Virus record (IMG/VR): IMGVR_UViG_3300014205_000177
Span: 96,001 to 160,000 of that record
Strand: one strand, 5' to 3'
DNA length: 64,000 bases
DNA from: a virus
Taxonomy: Duplodnaviria; Caudoviricetes
Position 1 is the first letter of the stretch, and each line of letters opens with the position of its first letter. Of the stretch, positions 11,853 to 26,000 are shown in pieces. Both the position numbers and the translations under genes were made by a program. Below the pieces are notes generated by a model that was not told the DNA's origin, ran no database searches, and worked only from the letters and a program-made list of their open reading frames with translations.

Positions 11853-12263
11853 TTAATCTTCCCAATCTGCCATAGGTATGCCAATTGAGGGGAAAAAGAT
11901 TGCATAGGCGAATCCTCCATGCTGTGCATCTAAATGTGAGTGGACACCCCTTGCCCCCCCTAAAATTCCACCATCATAATCAGAAGTATGAGTATGTCTA
12001 TTATATCCAGCAGTAGGATATGCAGGAACTGCTACAGCTTTTTTACCTTCTCTTAAAAACATATTAACTAGTTGAGCAGCTCTAACATCATTAAAAGCTA
12101 TTTCTGGAGAATCTCCTCCATGAAAATGCATTAAATCAAGAGACATACTTATGTTTTCTGATGCAAATTCGTCGGATATTCCATCGGCTACTCTTATTCC
12201 AACAGATACTGGAGATGATAGTAATTGAGAATGTTTTCTTATTAAATAATCCATATTAATCAT
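11853..12263 (-). CDS. Hypothetical tail-tip protein (His-rich, HTH/HSH motifs)
   Basis: 136-aa ORF overlapping the hub-like gene; His-x-His motifs recall metal-binding spike tips. Confidence 0.4.
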   Translation of the reverse strand: MINMDYLIRKHSQLLSSPVSVGIRVADGISDEFASENISMSLDLMHFHGGDSPEIAFNDVRAAQLVNMFLREGKKAVAVPAYPTAGYNRHTHTSDYDGGILGGARGVHSHLDAQHGGFAYAIFFPSIGIPMADWED

Positions 12264-15200
12264 TCCTTATTATATTTGCAGGGTCAATTACTTTACCACT
12301 ATAACTATTTGTTTTATCGGAAATAGAACCACCTTGAATATTATCACTTCTTTTGTATAATTCATTTATTTTAGTAGCAATTAATCTTTCATAATCTTTA
12401 TCTTCTTCCTTTTTATCTCCTATTCTAAAAGATTCTGTACCAACCTCTAGTTCTATTGTATATGAATTTGAAAAATTATATTCTATTTTTACGATACATG
12501 CCTTTGTGTTATCTGGAAAAGACACATAACCAAAGCCATTTTCATAATCAAATATTGTTCCTCTTATGCTTATAGTACCATTAATCTGAATATCATTTCT
12601 TCTTTCTAGTTCCATAACTGCTCTATCCATAAGTTTTATTCTATCATCTTTATGAATCCATCTTGGAGTTTTACCATATGTATCAGAACGCAATACTTTA
12701 TTAACAGTGGTAGTAGTATTACCAGCCGCAGCATCTATTGCATCTTTTTCGTTTTTTCTTATCCCTTCAATAATATGTACAGTACCTTCTGAAAAATAAT
12801 AATTTGCTGCTTTTAATTTAGTAAATAGCCCTTTAATACCCCAATGGTCATCACTATAACTATTAGGTACTACTAAATCATATCCAGAAGATGTTGGAAC
12901 TACCCACTTTTTCATATCCCATGGATGTATTTGCCATCTAGCTGAGTCAAAAGACATTCCTTTTATTATAGGTCTTCCTGAAAATTCACCTGCTTCAGCA
13001 TATGAAGATGTTACATCAAGAACATATCTATTATCTTCTATTTTTGAAAAAGCATAATATCTACCATATTCTTCTGGACCATCTAATTCTACTTTTCTTG
13101 TTATTTCATCTTTTGTAGAACTTAATGAAGAATAAAATTTATCTCTATAAAAATAACAATTAATCCAAGCCTTGGATGGTCTCCAAAATGATGTTGACTT
13201 TAATTCTATTCCCCCTATTGTACCCTGTTCTCTATATAGAGTAGAATTACTGTCATTCTTATCTTTCTCCATATAATATTCTTTATAATCATTAGTTGGA
13301 GTTATTTTTATGTTTTTAATTGGTTTCCTACAAGCTACGAATACTCTGTCTTTAAATATTACATTGCCCCTCTTTGTATCAATACTACAAGCGTTATTAA
13401 TAGTTATTTGAGTATGGAATAGCGTATCAATTTTTAAATTATTAGCTCCTGTAAAAATATCCTTTTTATTACCAGTAAGACTTTTTGTATTATAAAGAGG
13501 ATGATATGGCATTTGACTATACGTTTCTGTTGTTCTTTTTATAGCAGGATAGTTTGTATTTGTTTCTATTTGAATTTTTGGTCCATAACTATATGCTGTA
13601 TCATTAGCCACTTCACTCCATGTTCTATCAGATTCTGAAGATACTGTAACTTCTTTTAATTTAACTTCATTTGGTCCTACATCAACTAAGGAATTTAATA
13701 TATTAGTTATTTTAAACCATGGTTCCATTCCTACACCCCTGCATACGGGACATGTATTTATCCATGGTGAAGGATGTTTTCTGGGTATCATTGTTCCATC
13801 TGGTATTATTCTATCTCCAGAAGAAGCATAAAAATCATAATTAAAAGGAGTTAATGTTCCAGATATTTCTAACAACTCTCCTTTATCAGATATTGTCTTA
13901 CCAAATACATCCTCGGTTTTAACTATATTTGGTTCTACAGCACCAGAACCTCCACAAAATCTGCATGAAGCATGATATGGTATCCAAGCTTCATATGTAA
14001 ATCCACTAACCCTATCAAAATCATTTTGACTTACAGCACTAGTAAAAGACCTAGATGTTGTAAACATTTTATCATTTACTGTAAAACCTTGATTTTCATA
14101 TGTTTTACCATCAATTTTATCTTCATTAGCTATTGTATAATCTTCTAAAGTAGAAACATGACCATATTTATCAAATGTTACTGCCTTTGTTTTTTTTATT
14201 TCATATTTATATGGTTCATACCCTGTTTGTGGGTTCCAGGCTGGATAAAGTGGACATCCTACAATTTGATATATATCTTCTGAAACGTTTGTCATAATAT
14301 CTTTATCAATAGTATAAAGACCTTTAAAATAAGGATAACCATCCCAGTTTCTGTCTGGTAAATAATATTTTGAATTATCATTTCTTGTAAAATTATATAA
14401 AGTATAACCATTCTTTATATAAAAATGACCACTATACCATTCTATTGGTGATGAATACATTCTAAAAATATTAGCAAGATTGCTTGTCTTTTTTACTGTA
14501 TTATCAGAAATAACATTTATAACACCATCTTCTGCATAATCAATCATTCCATTTGAAGCATACGATAATATTCTTTCATTTCCACTATATAATGCGTTTA
14601 TTGATATTCTTGTAAATACTATTTTGTCTCTATAGTGGTCATAAATCATTCTATAAGAACCAGCAGAAGATATAGTTTTATATATAGCTTCAAGGATTGT
14701 ATCATTGTCAAATCTTAATGAGTTTGGTATAAAATCTTTCAATTCATTTAATCCATTAAAATCAAAATCTTCAAAATCAAAATATGTAACATGTTGAGTA
14801 TTTGTAATTAATCCACTTTCTGAGTTTTTAGATGTTTCTAATATATCTTCTATTATTTTTTCTACAGTCCATTTTTCGCTAAGATATGGTTTAAGATTAG
14901 CTTGTACGTTTTTTTCTGAATAATTTGGGAATGTTGAAGCTAAATATACTTCATTATAATTTTTCTTTATTATATGTTCAGATAATCTTCCTTTCATATC
15001 ATTACAATTATATACTAACTGTATTCCTTCTTTACCTTTGTGGATTGACATATCTATAATATATCCTTTAAATAAAATATGATAATCACTATCTTCTATT
15101 ACAACATCACCATCTTTTACACTAGTTATAAATATTGCAATTTCATCTCCAATAGCAGGTATTAAATCTTTATATGTATCATTTATATCTTTTATACTTT

Positions 15201-15432
15201 CATAATTATTATAATATTCTGTTATTTCTGGACTATTTAATCCTATAGTACATTCACCAGGAGATGCATCTGAGGTATGAATAACTCTACTGATAGACAT
15301 AGGTAATAATTTACCATTTGAAGGAGCTAAACTAGTTGGCGACATTTGTTGAAAACTATTAGGACTAAAATGAACTATTTTTATATCAAAATATTTTAAA
15401 ATAGATTTTACGTTTGAAGAGTCTTTTATCAT
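12256..15432 (-). CDS. Putative baseplate hub / Tal-like tail protein
   Basis: 1058 aa; N-terminal LFKGYI..DMKGRL hub-like segment; C-terminal I..IEYNFS..TIELEVG; third gene after the tape measure. Confidence 0.55.
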   Translation of the reverse strand: MIKDSSNVKSILKYFDIKIVHFSPNSFQQMSPTSLAPSNGKLLPMSISRVIHTSDASPGECTIGLNSPEITEYYNNYESIKDINDTYKDLIPAIGDEIAIFITSVKDGDVVIEDSDYHILFKGYIIDMSIHKGKEGIQLVYNCNDMKGRLSEHIIKKNYNEVYLASTFPNYSEKNVQANLKPYLSEKWTVEKIIEDILETSKNSESGLITNTQHVTYFDFEDFDFNGLNELKDFIPNSLRFDNDTILEAIYKTISSAGSYRMIYDHYRDKIVFTRISINALYSGNERILSYASNGMIDYAEDGVINVISDNTVKKTSNLANIFRMYSSPIEWYSGHFYIKNGYTLYNFTRNDNSKYYLPDRNWDGYPYFKGLYTIDKDIMTNVSEDIYQIVGCPLYPAWNPQTGYEPYKYEIKKTKAVTFDKYGHVSTLEDYTIANEDKIDGKTYENQGFTVNDKMFTTSRSFTSAVSQNDFDRVSGFTYEAWIPYHASCRFCGGSGAVEPNIVKTEDVFGKTISDKGELLEISGTLTPFNYDFYASSGDRIIPDGTMIPRKHPSPWINTCPVCRGVGMEPWFKITNILNSLVDVGPNEVKLKEVTVSSESDRTWSEVANDTAYSYGPKIQIETNTNYPAIKRTTETYSQMPYHPLYNTKSLTGNKKDIFTGANNLKIDTLFHTQITINNACSIDTKRGNVIFKDRVFVACRKPIKNIKITPTNDYKEYYMEKDKNDSNSTLYREQGTIGGIELKSTSFWRPSKAWINCYFYRDKFYSSLSSTKDEITRKVELDGPEEYGRYYAFSKIEDNRYVLDVTSSYAEAGEFSGRPIIKGMSFDSARWQIHPWDMKKWVVPTSSGYDLVVPNSYSDDHWGIKGLFTKLKAANYYFSEGTVHIIEGIRKNEKDAIDAAAGNTTTTVNKVLRSDTYGKTPRWIHKDDRIKLMDRAVMELERRNDIQINGTISIRGTIFDYENGFGYVSFPDNTKACIVKIEYNFSNSYTIELEVGTESFRIGDKKEEDKDYERLIATKINELYKRSDNIQGGSISDKTNSYSGKVIDPANIIRND

Positions 15433-16280
15433 TCTTTTCCCTCAATATTTACCGAAATTCCTGTTCCCGATTTAACTGCTGAAAAGTCTGAACTATCAAC
15501 AAATAAATCACTTATAACCCTGACAAAATTTCCATTTGAAATAATTTTATCAATACTTACCATTCCACTCATTAATGAATTTGCTAATCCTAATGCTGAA
15601 TCATGAAAAATACATCCACTTGGAATAATTCCTGACAAATCTCCAGACACTTTATATTTTCTAGGTTCCCAACCTGCAAAATAAATCTCTCCGCTATTTG
15701 CATTAAAATATTTTTCTGTAGATATTCTTGGTCTTCTTGCTACAATATCAATTACAGCGTCATTTATTATATACCCACTAACTGATATTTTACACGCAGG
15801 TTTCTGTATTTCTTTTAAAACAGCAGTATATGAGATTTGTGTAGGCCACTGAGTGTCTGATATATTTAAACTAAAAGGTCTCATATATATATTATAATTA
15901 TCTTTATCTCTAAATATATCTGGAAGTTTTATACATCTTAAATCGCTTACAGTTCCATATTCTAATATTGAAGATGGTGCTAATTGTTTTGACGCATTTA
16001 TAAATAAATCTCTTAATGTATCATACTTGTTTTTCATTGCATTAAATCTTGATTCATCTTGAGCACTATTTGGTGTAACTATTGAATTTAATTCTGCATT
16101 TACAGTAAAAGTTCCATTTATAGTTACCGTAGTTGGACTGTCATATGAATATTGACTTTCTTCGTATTCAAATGAAATATCTTGTTTTATAATAATAAAA
16201 CCCCAAAGAGCATCATAAGCTTCCATTACTGGGAAACTTGTAGGATTATAATTTTCTGGTATTTTACTAAAATCAATCAT
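15429..16280 (-). CDS. Putative tail protein (distal-tail region)
   Basis: 283-aa ORF, position in the tail module. Confidence 0.45.
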   Translation of the reverse strand: MIDFSKIPENYNPTSFPVMEAYDALWGFIIIKQDISFEYEESQYSYDSPTTVTINGTFTVNAELNSIVTPNSAQDESRFNAMKNKYDTLRDLFINASKQLAPSSILEYGTVSDLRCIKLPDIFRDKDNYNIYMRPFSLNISDTQWPTQISYTAVLKEIQKPACKISVSGYIINDAVIDIVARRPRISTEKYFNANSGEIYFAGWEPRKYKVSGDLSGIIPSGCIFHDSALGLANSLMSGMVSIDKIISNGNFVRVISDLFVDSSDFSAVKSGTGISVNIEGKE

Positions 16281-16282
16281 TT

Positions 16283-17020
16283 TTATACCTCTATATTTTG
16301 CGGTGGAGCAATAAAATTAATACTTACAGTTACACTTCTCTTTTCTACTCTCCAACTTAAATTTGAATCAGTAATCATTATTTTTTGTACATTTAAATTA
16401 GATTCTGACTCAGGAATAAAAGACTTTAACTCTCCAATTCTTGGTAATCCGTTTACCCCCTGTTGTTCTACAACATTAAAAAGAGCATCTGGGATAAAAT
16501 CATCTTCTAAAATTATAACCCCATTAAATGAAACCTTAATAAAATCATGACCAAGTTTCTGTCTAAAATATCCATCATATAGATGAATAGTTTTTTCTGA
16601 AAGAGATATTGTTGATGGTTTTAATGATATTTTTGGTTCATATACTAAAAAAGAAGATGTTCCATCAGTTAATGTTGCTATATTTTTATTTGTACCGTCT
16701 TCAGTTTCGTCTGTAAATGACATTGTTACAATCCCCCATGGAACCCAAATTCCACCCTCAAATGATATATTTGATATTCTCATATTTGAATATGTTTTAT
16801 TTGGAAGAACAAGCGTTCCTCTAAACCCCTTAGAAGAAGGATTACCTATTATACCGAAAAAATCAGTTTCACTTTTTTGTACATTACCTGTAACAGATAT
16901 TTCAATATTAGACCTAGTACCACTTCCACCATTCCATACAAGAGAATGATTTAATGAATAATTTATTCTTGTTAAACCTATAGTTCCAAGATTATTTGTA
17001 AAAGACATATTTGATAACAT
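16283..17020 (-). CDS. Putative distal tail (Dit-like) protein
   Basis: 245-aa beta-rich ORF immediately after the tape measure gene. Confidence 0.45.
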   Translation of the reverse strand: MLSNMSFTNNLGTIGLTRINYSLNHSLVWNGGSGTRSNIEISVTGNVQKSETDFFGIIGNPSSKGFRGTLVLPNKTYSNMRISNISFEGGIWVPWGIVTMSFTDETEDGTNKNIATLTDGTSSFLVYEPKISLKPSTISLSEKTIHLYDGYFRQKLGHDFIKVSFNGVIILEDDFIPDALFNVVEQQGVNGLPRIGELKSFIPESESNLNVQKIMITDSNLSWRVEKRSVTVSINFIAPPQNIEV

Positions 17021-17031
17021 TTTCCTATTCC

Positions 17032-20000
17032 TTATTTATTCATATTATATTTGGCACTATCTACCTTTACTCCTGCCATTGCATTTCCAGCTCCTTGTTC
17101 TATTATCTTAGAAATTTGGGGCATTAACATTTCAACTATTAATTTAGCCAATGGACTTCCAAATGATTCAGTAAATGCATCTTGCAATCCAGATGCATCA
17201 ACACTTACAGAACCTGAAACTTCACTTTTTGTATTAGTTGAACTATTCTGTTCTTTGAACTTGTCAGCAGACTCTTTCATTGATTCTTCTTCTGTATCAA
17301 ACTTATTTCTATTATAATCGTAAGAGTACATTTTTGTATTACCGTACATTTTCTCATGACTCCCATCTGAAAAACCTGGGTCAATATCCCTATATTCTTC
17401 TTTTCCATTTATAATAGCATCTATTAATTCATCTCTTGATTGTTCCTTAGAGGTATATTTTGTTATTGCTTTTTCTTTTATTTTCTTATCATAAGCTTTT
17501 TCATCCCATCTTTTTTCTACAACTGATAGCTCATCTTGACCAAACATATTTTTTTCATAAACTAATTCTTCTCCAAGATATATTCCAGATGGTCTTTTTT
17601 TAGAATGTTTATTTTCTTTTTTATCTTTTACTTTATCTTTTACTAATTCTTTATTAGACATTATTCTTAAATAATCTGTATTTTTATACTTATTGTCACT
17701 ATTAATAGATGGTGTTAATTTATCATTATTGTTTTTTTCATCAACTTTATATTTTATTTTTTGTAATTCAGTCAATTTTGTTTTATTGTCTATACCAGAT
17801 TTAAAAGATTCAGGAGTTAATTCTTTAACTTTATCTTCATCATCTTTCATCTTTCTGTGTTTTTCCATTAATTTAGAATATTCTTCACTAGTTACCTTTC
17901 TAGATAACTCAGATGGATTATTATATGACTCTTCTGATGGCTCAGTTCCATCATCAATTATTGAATTAAAATAATCTCTATATGATTTTTTGCTGGTACT
18001 TGCATCTTTTTCAAGTCCTGCTTTTTTATCATTAAACTTTTTATCTAATTGATTGTTGTATTCAGAATTAACATTTTTATCTGAAAGAAGTGTTTCAATT
18101 TGTTTATTATCATTTTCTATTCCGGTTCTTTTTGCCAAATCAATAGCTTTTTTAATTGCAAAATTTGCTTTATTAGGTGCTATTTCATCTTTTTTCTCAT
18201 CACTCCATAAATGAGATATTGCAGCTATTGGAGAAATTACTCGAAGTGCTAGTGAAGCCTTATTGTTTTTAGATTCATATTCTCTTTTTAAAGATTCACG
18301 TTTTGCTTCAAGTATTCTTTCACGAAAAATTCTAAATATATTACTTCTTTCCTCAAGTGTTTTCCCTTTTCCTTTATACATTGATGATTCTTGCAATATT
18401 GAAGCTTGGGTATCTTGAGGCAATTCTTCTGTTGCTCCCATGGATTTAGCTAAATCCATTACCTTGGCAATAGAATTTTTATCTATTTCTCTTTCTCTTC
18501 TCTTGTTTTCTCCATCATAATGAATTAAAGAATCTCTTTTAGATGGGTCATTTGTAGTATTTTTATGGGTTTTAACCATATTATAGATATTGTTTTGTTC
18601 TTCTTTCTTTTCTATTTGATTGGCTTTTGAACCAAGTCTTTTTGAAACATAACCACCAGTTAAATATTTATCTGCTTGAGATATTGCCGTCGCAGACCTA
18701 TCTAAAATTTCTGATACAATTCCACCACCCTTTAGCATACCTGATTTATTAATATATCTTGATATTCCATTATTTCTGGAATTATATTCCCAATCTGTAA
18801 GTCCTACTGATTTTTTATAATTCTCATTTTCTTTTTGTGAAAAACCATCAATGTCATGTTTTTTACTACGAAAATATCCTTCAGAACCAAGCATATCTTG
18901 GGTTGCATTGATTCCACCACTCATAATAGCCATTGAAGGGTCTAATCCAAGAAACGCCAAATGAGAAGCCATCCCAACTGCATCTCCAATATCTTCTCTT
19001 CCTGTGATTCTTTCAGCTGCATATGATGTTAATGGAGCAGTCATAGATAAACCCATTCCAATAAGAGAACCCTTTGGATTCATAGCTCCTATTTTATTTA
19101 TCCCTCTTGCAAGCTTCATTGGTGATTTCATCCATGATGGACTTTTCTCAATAGCCTTAGAAATATATGGAGTAGCTAATTTAGTAATACCTGTTTTGTC
19201 CCCTGCATATGAAGCAAGTTTTCCGCCCCATCCTCTAATTTTACTATTAAATGCTAAAAGTGGTAATGATTCAACTGCTGTATCACCCAAAGCCATTGGT
19301 ATATCTTTGTAATTATTAGTTTTAGCAAAATTGTTATATGCACTGCTTCCTGCGTACATTATAGAAGCTGCTGCTGTAGCAATTGAAGATTTAGGAGATT
19401 TAGAAAGAGCCTCATACAAGAAAGAACCAGAAACGGCAGATTTGCCAATTCCGCTAATTATAGATTTACTATCTCCTTTTTTGAAATCCTCAGCAGCATC
19501 CTTTCCATAATAATAAGCTGCCATTCCTGAAATGAACGAACTACCTGTTTTTTGGAAATTATCTCCAAACGATGGCTTAACTGCTGGTTCAAATGGAATT
19601 CCTTTGTTAGACATTCTTTCTCTTGCTATTCTACGAGAACGTTCTCCTGAAGTTTCAACCCTTACAGGTTCTTCAATTTTTTCTTTAGGTTTACGTCTAT
19701 TTCTTATTTTTCTTGATTCTTCATCAAGTTTTCTTTTACGTGACACTGGTGTTGGTGGCTCTTGTCTTATTTCAATTTCATCTGCATAATCTTTTAATGT
19801 TTTACTAACTTTAGGAAGTTTTTCACCTATTAATTCACCACCTTCTTTAAAAGTAAAGTTTTCCCCAATAATTTTTGCTAGTGGACCATATCCATTTTTA
19901 CCACCCATAATATCTGAAATAGTTTTTATTCTTGCATGTGGACTATTACCAGAAGATTCTAAGGCGTAATCAATTGATTTATATATGTTTTTATGTAATT

Positions 20001-23000
20001 TACCTGAACCTGATTTAGAAACAGGAGTGAAGTATGAATCAAGATTTATTCTACCCTTACTATATTTATTATCTAAAGCATGTGCTGCTGCTGAAGTAGA
20101 TAATTCATCAACTACCGTATCTCCTATATATCTAAATTTTTTATTATTTCTATTTGATAAATAATCCATTATACTATGATTTACTTCATGATTAGCATAT
20201 CTAACAGATTCTTTTGAAGATAGTCCTCTTCTTATATTTATTTCTTTTGTCAATGAATTAAAAGTACCATTAGCATCTTCTTGCATATTTTTTTGTAATT
20301 TAATTTCTGGAATATGTCCAAAAACTGATTCTGCAACACTAGATGTTCTTTCCCCTATTTTCCCTTTATACATATCGTTTGGAGTAAAGAATTTTTTGAT
20401 TGATTTACCAATATTAGCAAATGTTTGTTTAGGCATTACAGCTAAAGGAATACCTAATGTAGCTAATCCTAATGCATTACTTCTTGAAGAATTTGAATTA
20501 TTTTCTACACGTTCAGATGTAGGAGCTACTCTACTTATAACATTATAATTTATTTCTCTTGATTCAGCAGGAGTTATTACATCAGCACTTGTATTTCCTT
20601 TTTTTGATTCTTTCCATATTTTTTGTGCTTTTATAACCCCACTAAGATATGGGTTATTTAATGAATTAGCAGAACTAATAGCATTTTTTGCTCCACTGTC
20701 TAAATTTTTACCAGTTTCTGATTCTTTACCAACTTTAGAAACTAATCTTTCTGCGATATTAGCTAAATGTAATAATATATTAGAAAGTTTTGATTGTGAT
20801 TCTACAAGCTTTGAACTCTCTTCTTGACGAACCATTTTATCCATTAAAGAACCAATTAATGAATGGTCTTTTGCATATTCTTTCATTCCTGTATCAGAAA
20901 AAATTTCTTGTAAACTTATACCTGATTCTTTTTGTGACTCTATGAAACTTGCTATTGCTTGTTCTTGAGGAGAAGCTAATAACCAGTTTTTCATATATCC
21001 TGGGTCTCCACTCTTTCCAATTTCTTTTTCAGTATCTCCAAATTCTTTCATCAAAGAGAAAAATTCTTGGCTCATTCCACCCTTACCATAAAATGAATTT
21101 TCTTCAAGAGCATTAGTTATTCTTTTTGACAATTCAAACGCATCAGAAAGTCCACCTTTAGATAATTCTACTTGTGAACTTAATGTTCTTTCTGAACCCA
21201 TCATTTTATTTACAAAAAATTCAGTAGCAAGTTTTCTTTGAGTTTGCTCTCTTTGAGCTCTCATGTCTCCAACTTTATTATTTATCTCTTTTGTATTATT
21301 TAAAATTGGAGATAGCGCATCTGAAAAACTCTTACTGTTTATTTCTGCTTGCCTTAACATTATTTTTTCTAAAGGTGTTATATCTTCACCCTTAGCTTTT
21401 ATTCCTGCTATTTTATCATCTTCTATTTTCTTTGCTGCTTCTAGATTCTTTATTTGAGCTAAATTTATTAATAAATTATTTTCCTCCGAACCTGTATATC
21501 CACCAAGCAAATTACCCTTGGACGCTTCTCTTATAGCTTTTGATTTTGAATTTCTTATAATAAGACTTGTATTTTCATCTACTGGATTAATTTTAGCAGT
21601 GTTTTCTTCTAACATATTTAATAAATCAATATATGCTTTTTGTCTAGACTTAGATTCATTAATAGATTTTTCTTGACTAACTATTATGTCAGATAGACTT
21701 TTTCTTTCAGTTTCACTAGTTAATTTATTGTCACGCTTAAATTTATTGTTATCAACTTCAACCTGGTCTGATTCTATAGCTTTAGAAAAGTCACTTATTG
21801 CTTTTTCTTTTATTTTCTTTACAGAAGAGAAAATATTTTTAGTTATTTCTGCACTTTTTGTAATTACTTCAGAATCAACCATTGCAGCATCAGATTCTGT
21901 ATAATCACCAGTTTTTAATAATATCTCTCTTTTTCTTTTTTCTTTATAAAATCCTAAAGATTCTCTTGTGCTAGTTTGTACACCAGCTGTTTTTGAAACA
22001 AGGTCTATAATTTTCTTTTCATTTTCTTTTTCTGAGTCTGAAATACCGCTAGATTTTGAATATCTTTCCTTACCTATATTTGTAAATTTAGTTAATTCTT
22101 TTCTTAGTTTTTCTGGGTCATCTCCATATTTAGAGATAAGATGCTCTACGCTTACTCCAGTACCCTTAAATAAATCATTAAGTTCTTTCTTCATTAATTC
22201 GGCAGAAGTAAGATTTTCTGGTGATTCTTCACCAAGACTTGATAATTCAGCAGCTGACATTTTCTTTCTTGATTCTTGATTAACAAGAGTATTCACCATC
22301 TTTATTGCTTTAATATCAAATCCACTTTTGAATTTTGACATATAAATAGAATTTTCCATTAACCCTGCAATACCAGAATTTTCATTATTAGATATTTCAG
22401 CTAATCTTGAATTTATTTCTGCAAAATAATCTCTATTTGATTCTTCATTTGAAAGCTTCTTATAATCTTTAATATCAAAAGTAGATGTATCACCCATCAA
22501 TTTACTATAATTTGAACCAAAATCATTAAAAGATGCAAATCTACTGTCAAGTTCACTGTCAGAGTCTTTTGGTGTCAAGATTGACATCTTTTGGAAGTCT
22601 AATGGTTTAAATATTTTTCTTTCTAAACGTGTATAGTCATTAATTATTTCTTGGAATGAAGACTTGGCAGTTGTTGCAAATTGCTTTACTGATGTCATTG
22701 GCAAGTCAAACATTTCATCGCTTATTTCAGTTGTTGATAAAATAAATTCTTTTTTATCATCGTAAATACCGCCAAATTGTTTTTTAATTTCTTCTTTGGC
22801 TCTCTTTAGAACTTGAGTTTTGTTTAACCCTCTTTCTGTATCAAACCCTATAGTTTTTTGTTGATTAGTATAAACATCTTGAACAACAATTTTAAATTTC
22901 TTTACGTTGTCTCCAACTTTTTGATACCCATCATTAAGCAATAAAAACATCTTATTTGTGTCTTTAGCCATTTGAAGTGCATCTTTATGTGGATTTAAAC

Positions 23001-26000
23001 TTCTTCCACTCTCAGCAGTATCTTTAATTGCATTAAAACTTGTTTCTACATATTTATCTTTACCAAAAGTTTTAATATATGATTCTCTAGTTTTAACAAA
23101 CCTTTCGTCAACTGTATCATTATTAAATACCCTACTTCCTCTTTCCCTTGCATCTGAGGATATTTGTCTTCCAGTTTCGTTAAACAAATCAATGAATGGC
23201 TCAAAAACTTTTTCAGCCTTTGTCTTTGCTTCTTCCATTCTTCCATAAACTTCATCCAACGCAGCGTCTAAATTATAAATTTTTGATTGATAATATACTT
23301 TATTACTTTCTGATGTTGAACTATCCATTTTACCTACAAGAATTTTTCTTGTATCTGTTAATTCTTTTGCCCTGTCTCTTTCTTCTGCTAGATTTTCTGA
23401 AATAGATGATATTGCGGTTTTACCAAAAATTCCACCATCTGTCATAAATGCCTTTTTATAGGCTAAATTCATCCTTAATTCATCTTTTCTTTTTTCTCTA
23501 ATTTCACCTTCTTGAGACATTTTTGAAACAAATTCTTCACTTAGTGATGGAAATCCATTTTTAAATACTACAGATTCTGGATTAGCTCTCATTAATATAG
23601 ATGTTGCATTTTTAAGATTTGAATTTTCTAAAGTTGTTAGTATTTCTCCTTTTTCTTGTTTGCCAGTAAGCTTTTCATAAGTAGAAATAGAACTAGTTAT
23701 TGATTTTATTTTACTAGATTCTTTTTCTATCATTGCAACTGTTTTTCTATCGCTTCCACTCCAATATTCGGATATATTGTTAATTAAATCTTTAATATCA
23801 GATGCCATAGTTAATCCGGCAATGGTTAAACCTACAGCTCCACCTGCGAATTTACCACCTTTCCCACCAACCATATTGGAAACTTTTTGTCCAGCCATAA
23901 GTGCCATTGGAGCTATTGCAGCTCCAGAGCCTAGAGTATTAAGAGTGTCCCCAGTAAGACTTCTTCCAGAAATTGATTCTTTATCTTCAAATGTTTGTGC
24001 AAAAACTTTTAAACCAACACCTGCTGCCATCATAGCAACCATGTTTTGCTTTACAAATTCAGATATTTTTATAGGTATTTGACCAGGTTCTTTTTGAATT
24101 ATTGCATTTTGAGTTGTTTTGTCTATTTGAGAATTAAACTGTGTCCTAACTTTACCCTCAACAGTTTTTCTTTCTTCTTCACTAAATCTTGATACACCTT
24201 TTTCACCATAATGGGATACCATAATCTTCTTTATTATTTCATTTTCATCTGAAGATTCCATTTTTTGAAGTTTATTATATTGATAATCATACATGGCTGG
24301 ATTATAAAGAGCTCTTGTTTTTCCAGTATAATCTTTTTTCAAATAAGAAGAAACCTCTTTAGCTGTTATTTTAGCTATTCTTGATTCCTCTGTCTTATGA
24401 TTAATCCATCTATCTGCACCAGAATAAGAAATTGTTCTTGCTATTGCTGTGCCAGCTCCAAAAACAGTTCCTCCAACCGCAGCTAACCCAGCTATTCCAC
24501 TTGGCATACTATTCAATATTCCAAATATATTAGTAAGAGTATTAGAGAAATAAGTTAGAATTGATTTACCGCCACTTTCTCCAACTTTAGCATAAAATGA
24601 ATCTACACTAGCTTTCATTACTTCAACTTTTTTAGCATAAGTATCCATTATTAACATATTTTTTTGCATAGCTGAACCAGTAGAATCTTCACTCATTTTT
24701 GCTGCTTGAAGAACTTCATCCCATTGGTCCATTAATACCATCATTGTATTATATCTTCTTGCACCTGCTATTGTAACGGCTGCATTTTCTTTTTGAACTG
24801 TTGATAAAGTAGTCCATTTTGATGCTAAATCTTGCATAATAGTAAATGAATCTCTAAATCCTCCATCTACATTATAAACTGCTACACCAAGATTTTGAAG
24901 AGCAGTTATAGATTCTTCCACTCTTAAATGTGAAAGTATATATTTAAATGAATTCCCTAAAGAATTACCTGTATCTCTTGTTGCAGAACCTACCGCAGAA
25001 ACTATACCGTTAAATTCATGAAAAGACATGCCAGAAACTCTAGCTGATGTACCGGCTTGTTTTACAGCATCAGAAAGGTTTTTAGAAGTAACAGCAGTTC
25101 TAGCTCCTACTTCAGTCCATGAGTCAATAATTGATAATGTCTTAGAATCTTCTATGCCAAATTGTCTTGTAGCTGCTGTAAGTGCCTCAGTAGCTTCTGT
25201 AGCCTTGAATCCAGCCACATTAGAAGCTAATAGTGATGCATTGGTTAAAGTTATTACATCAGATGTGCTTTTACCTTGTTGTGCAAATACAGCCATGGAA
25301 TCGACTACTTCTATTATATTTGTGCCATATATTGATGACATCTTCTTTGCACTGTCTGAAAGTCTTTCTGTAGAAGTCATCATTGGGTCCATAACTTTAT
25401 TTACATTGACAAGAGCTGTCTCATAACTTGCCATTACTTTTGTTGCTTCTGCTATTTTATTAGTCATTCCGTAGAATGCATAAGAAAGACCTCCATATAA
25501 AACTACTCTATTTATTACAGAATTAACTAATTTACCCTGAGATTGTTCTTGTCTATAATTCTTTGACATTGTACTGTCATATTCTTTTGAAATCTTTGAA
25601 GCTTGTGTAGAACTCATCAAAGCAGCCGCTGGGAAAGATTCTATTTTTGGGAGATTTTTAGCTGTTCTTTTCTTATTTTCGTTTTCAATATGACTTAATA
25701 ATACACCCTTAGTTACAGATGCTATATGCTCTGGATTGCTTGTTCCAGGAGCATCTCTCAAGTCTCTTACAGTTGCTTCGTATGCAGATATTTTAACTGT
25801 TTCTGTTTCAAACTCTCCGTTCTTTTTTACCTTTTTGGGATTTACAATTTTTATTTCTTCTGCATCTGATAGTGATAATTTTTCTTCTTCTTTTTTATTT
25901 ATCTTAGAAACAATATTCTTCATTATTGCTTCTCTTCTGCTGTCTTTTTCAACAGACATAGTTAATGCATATGTCAATAATCTTTTTGAATATTCTTCGT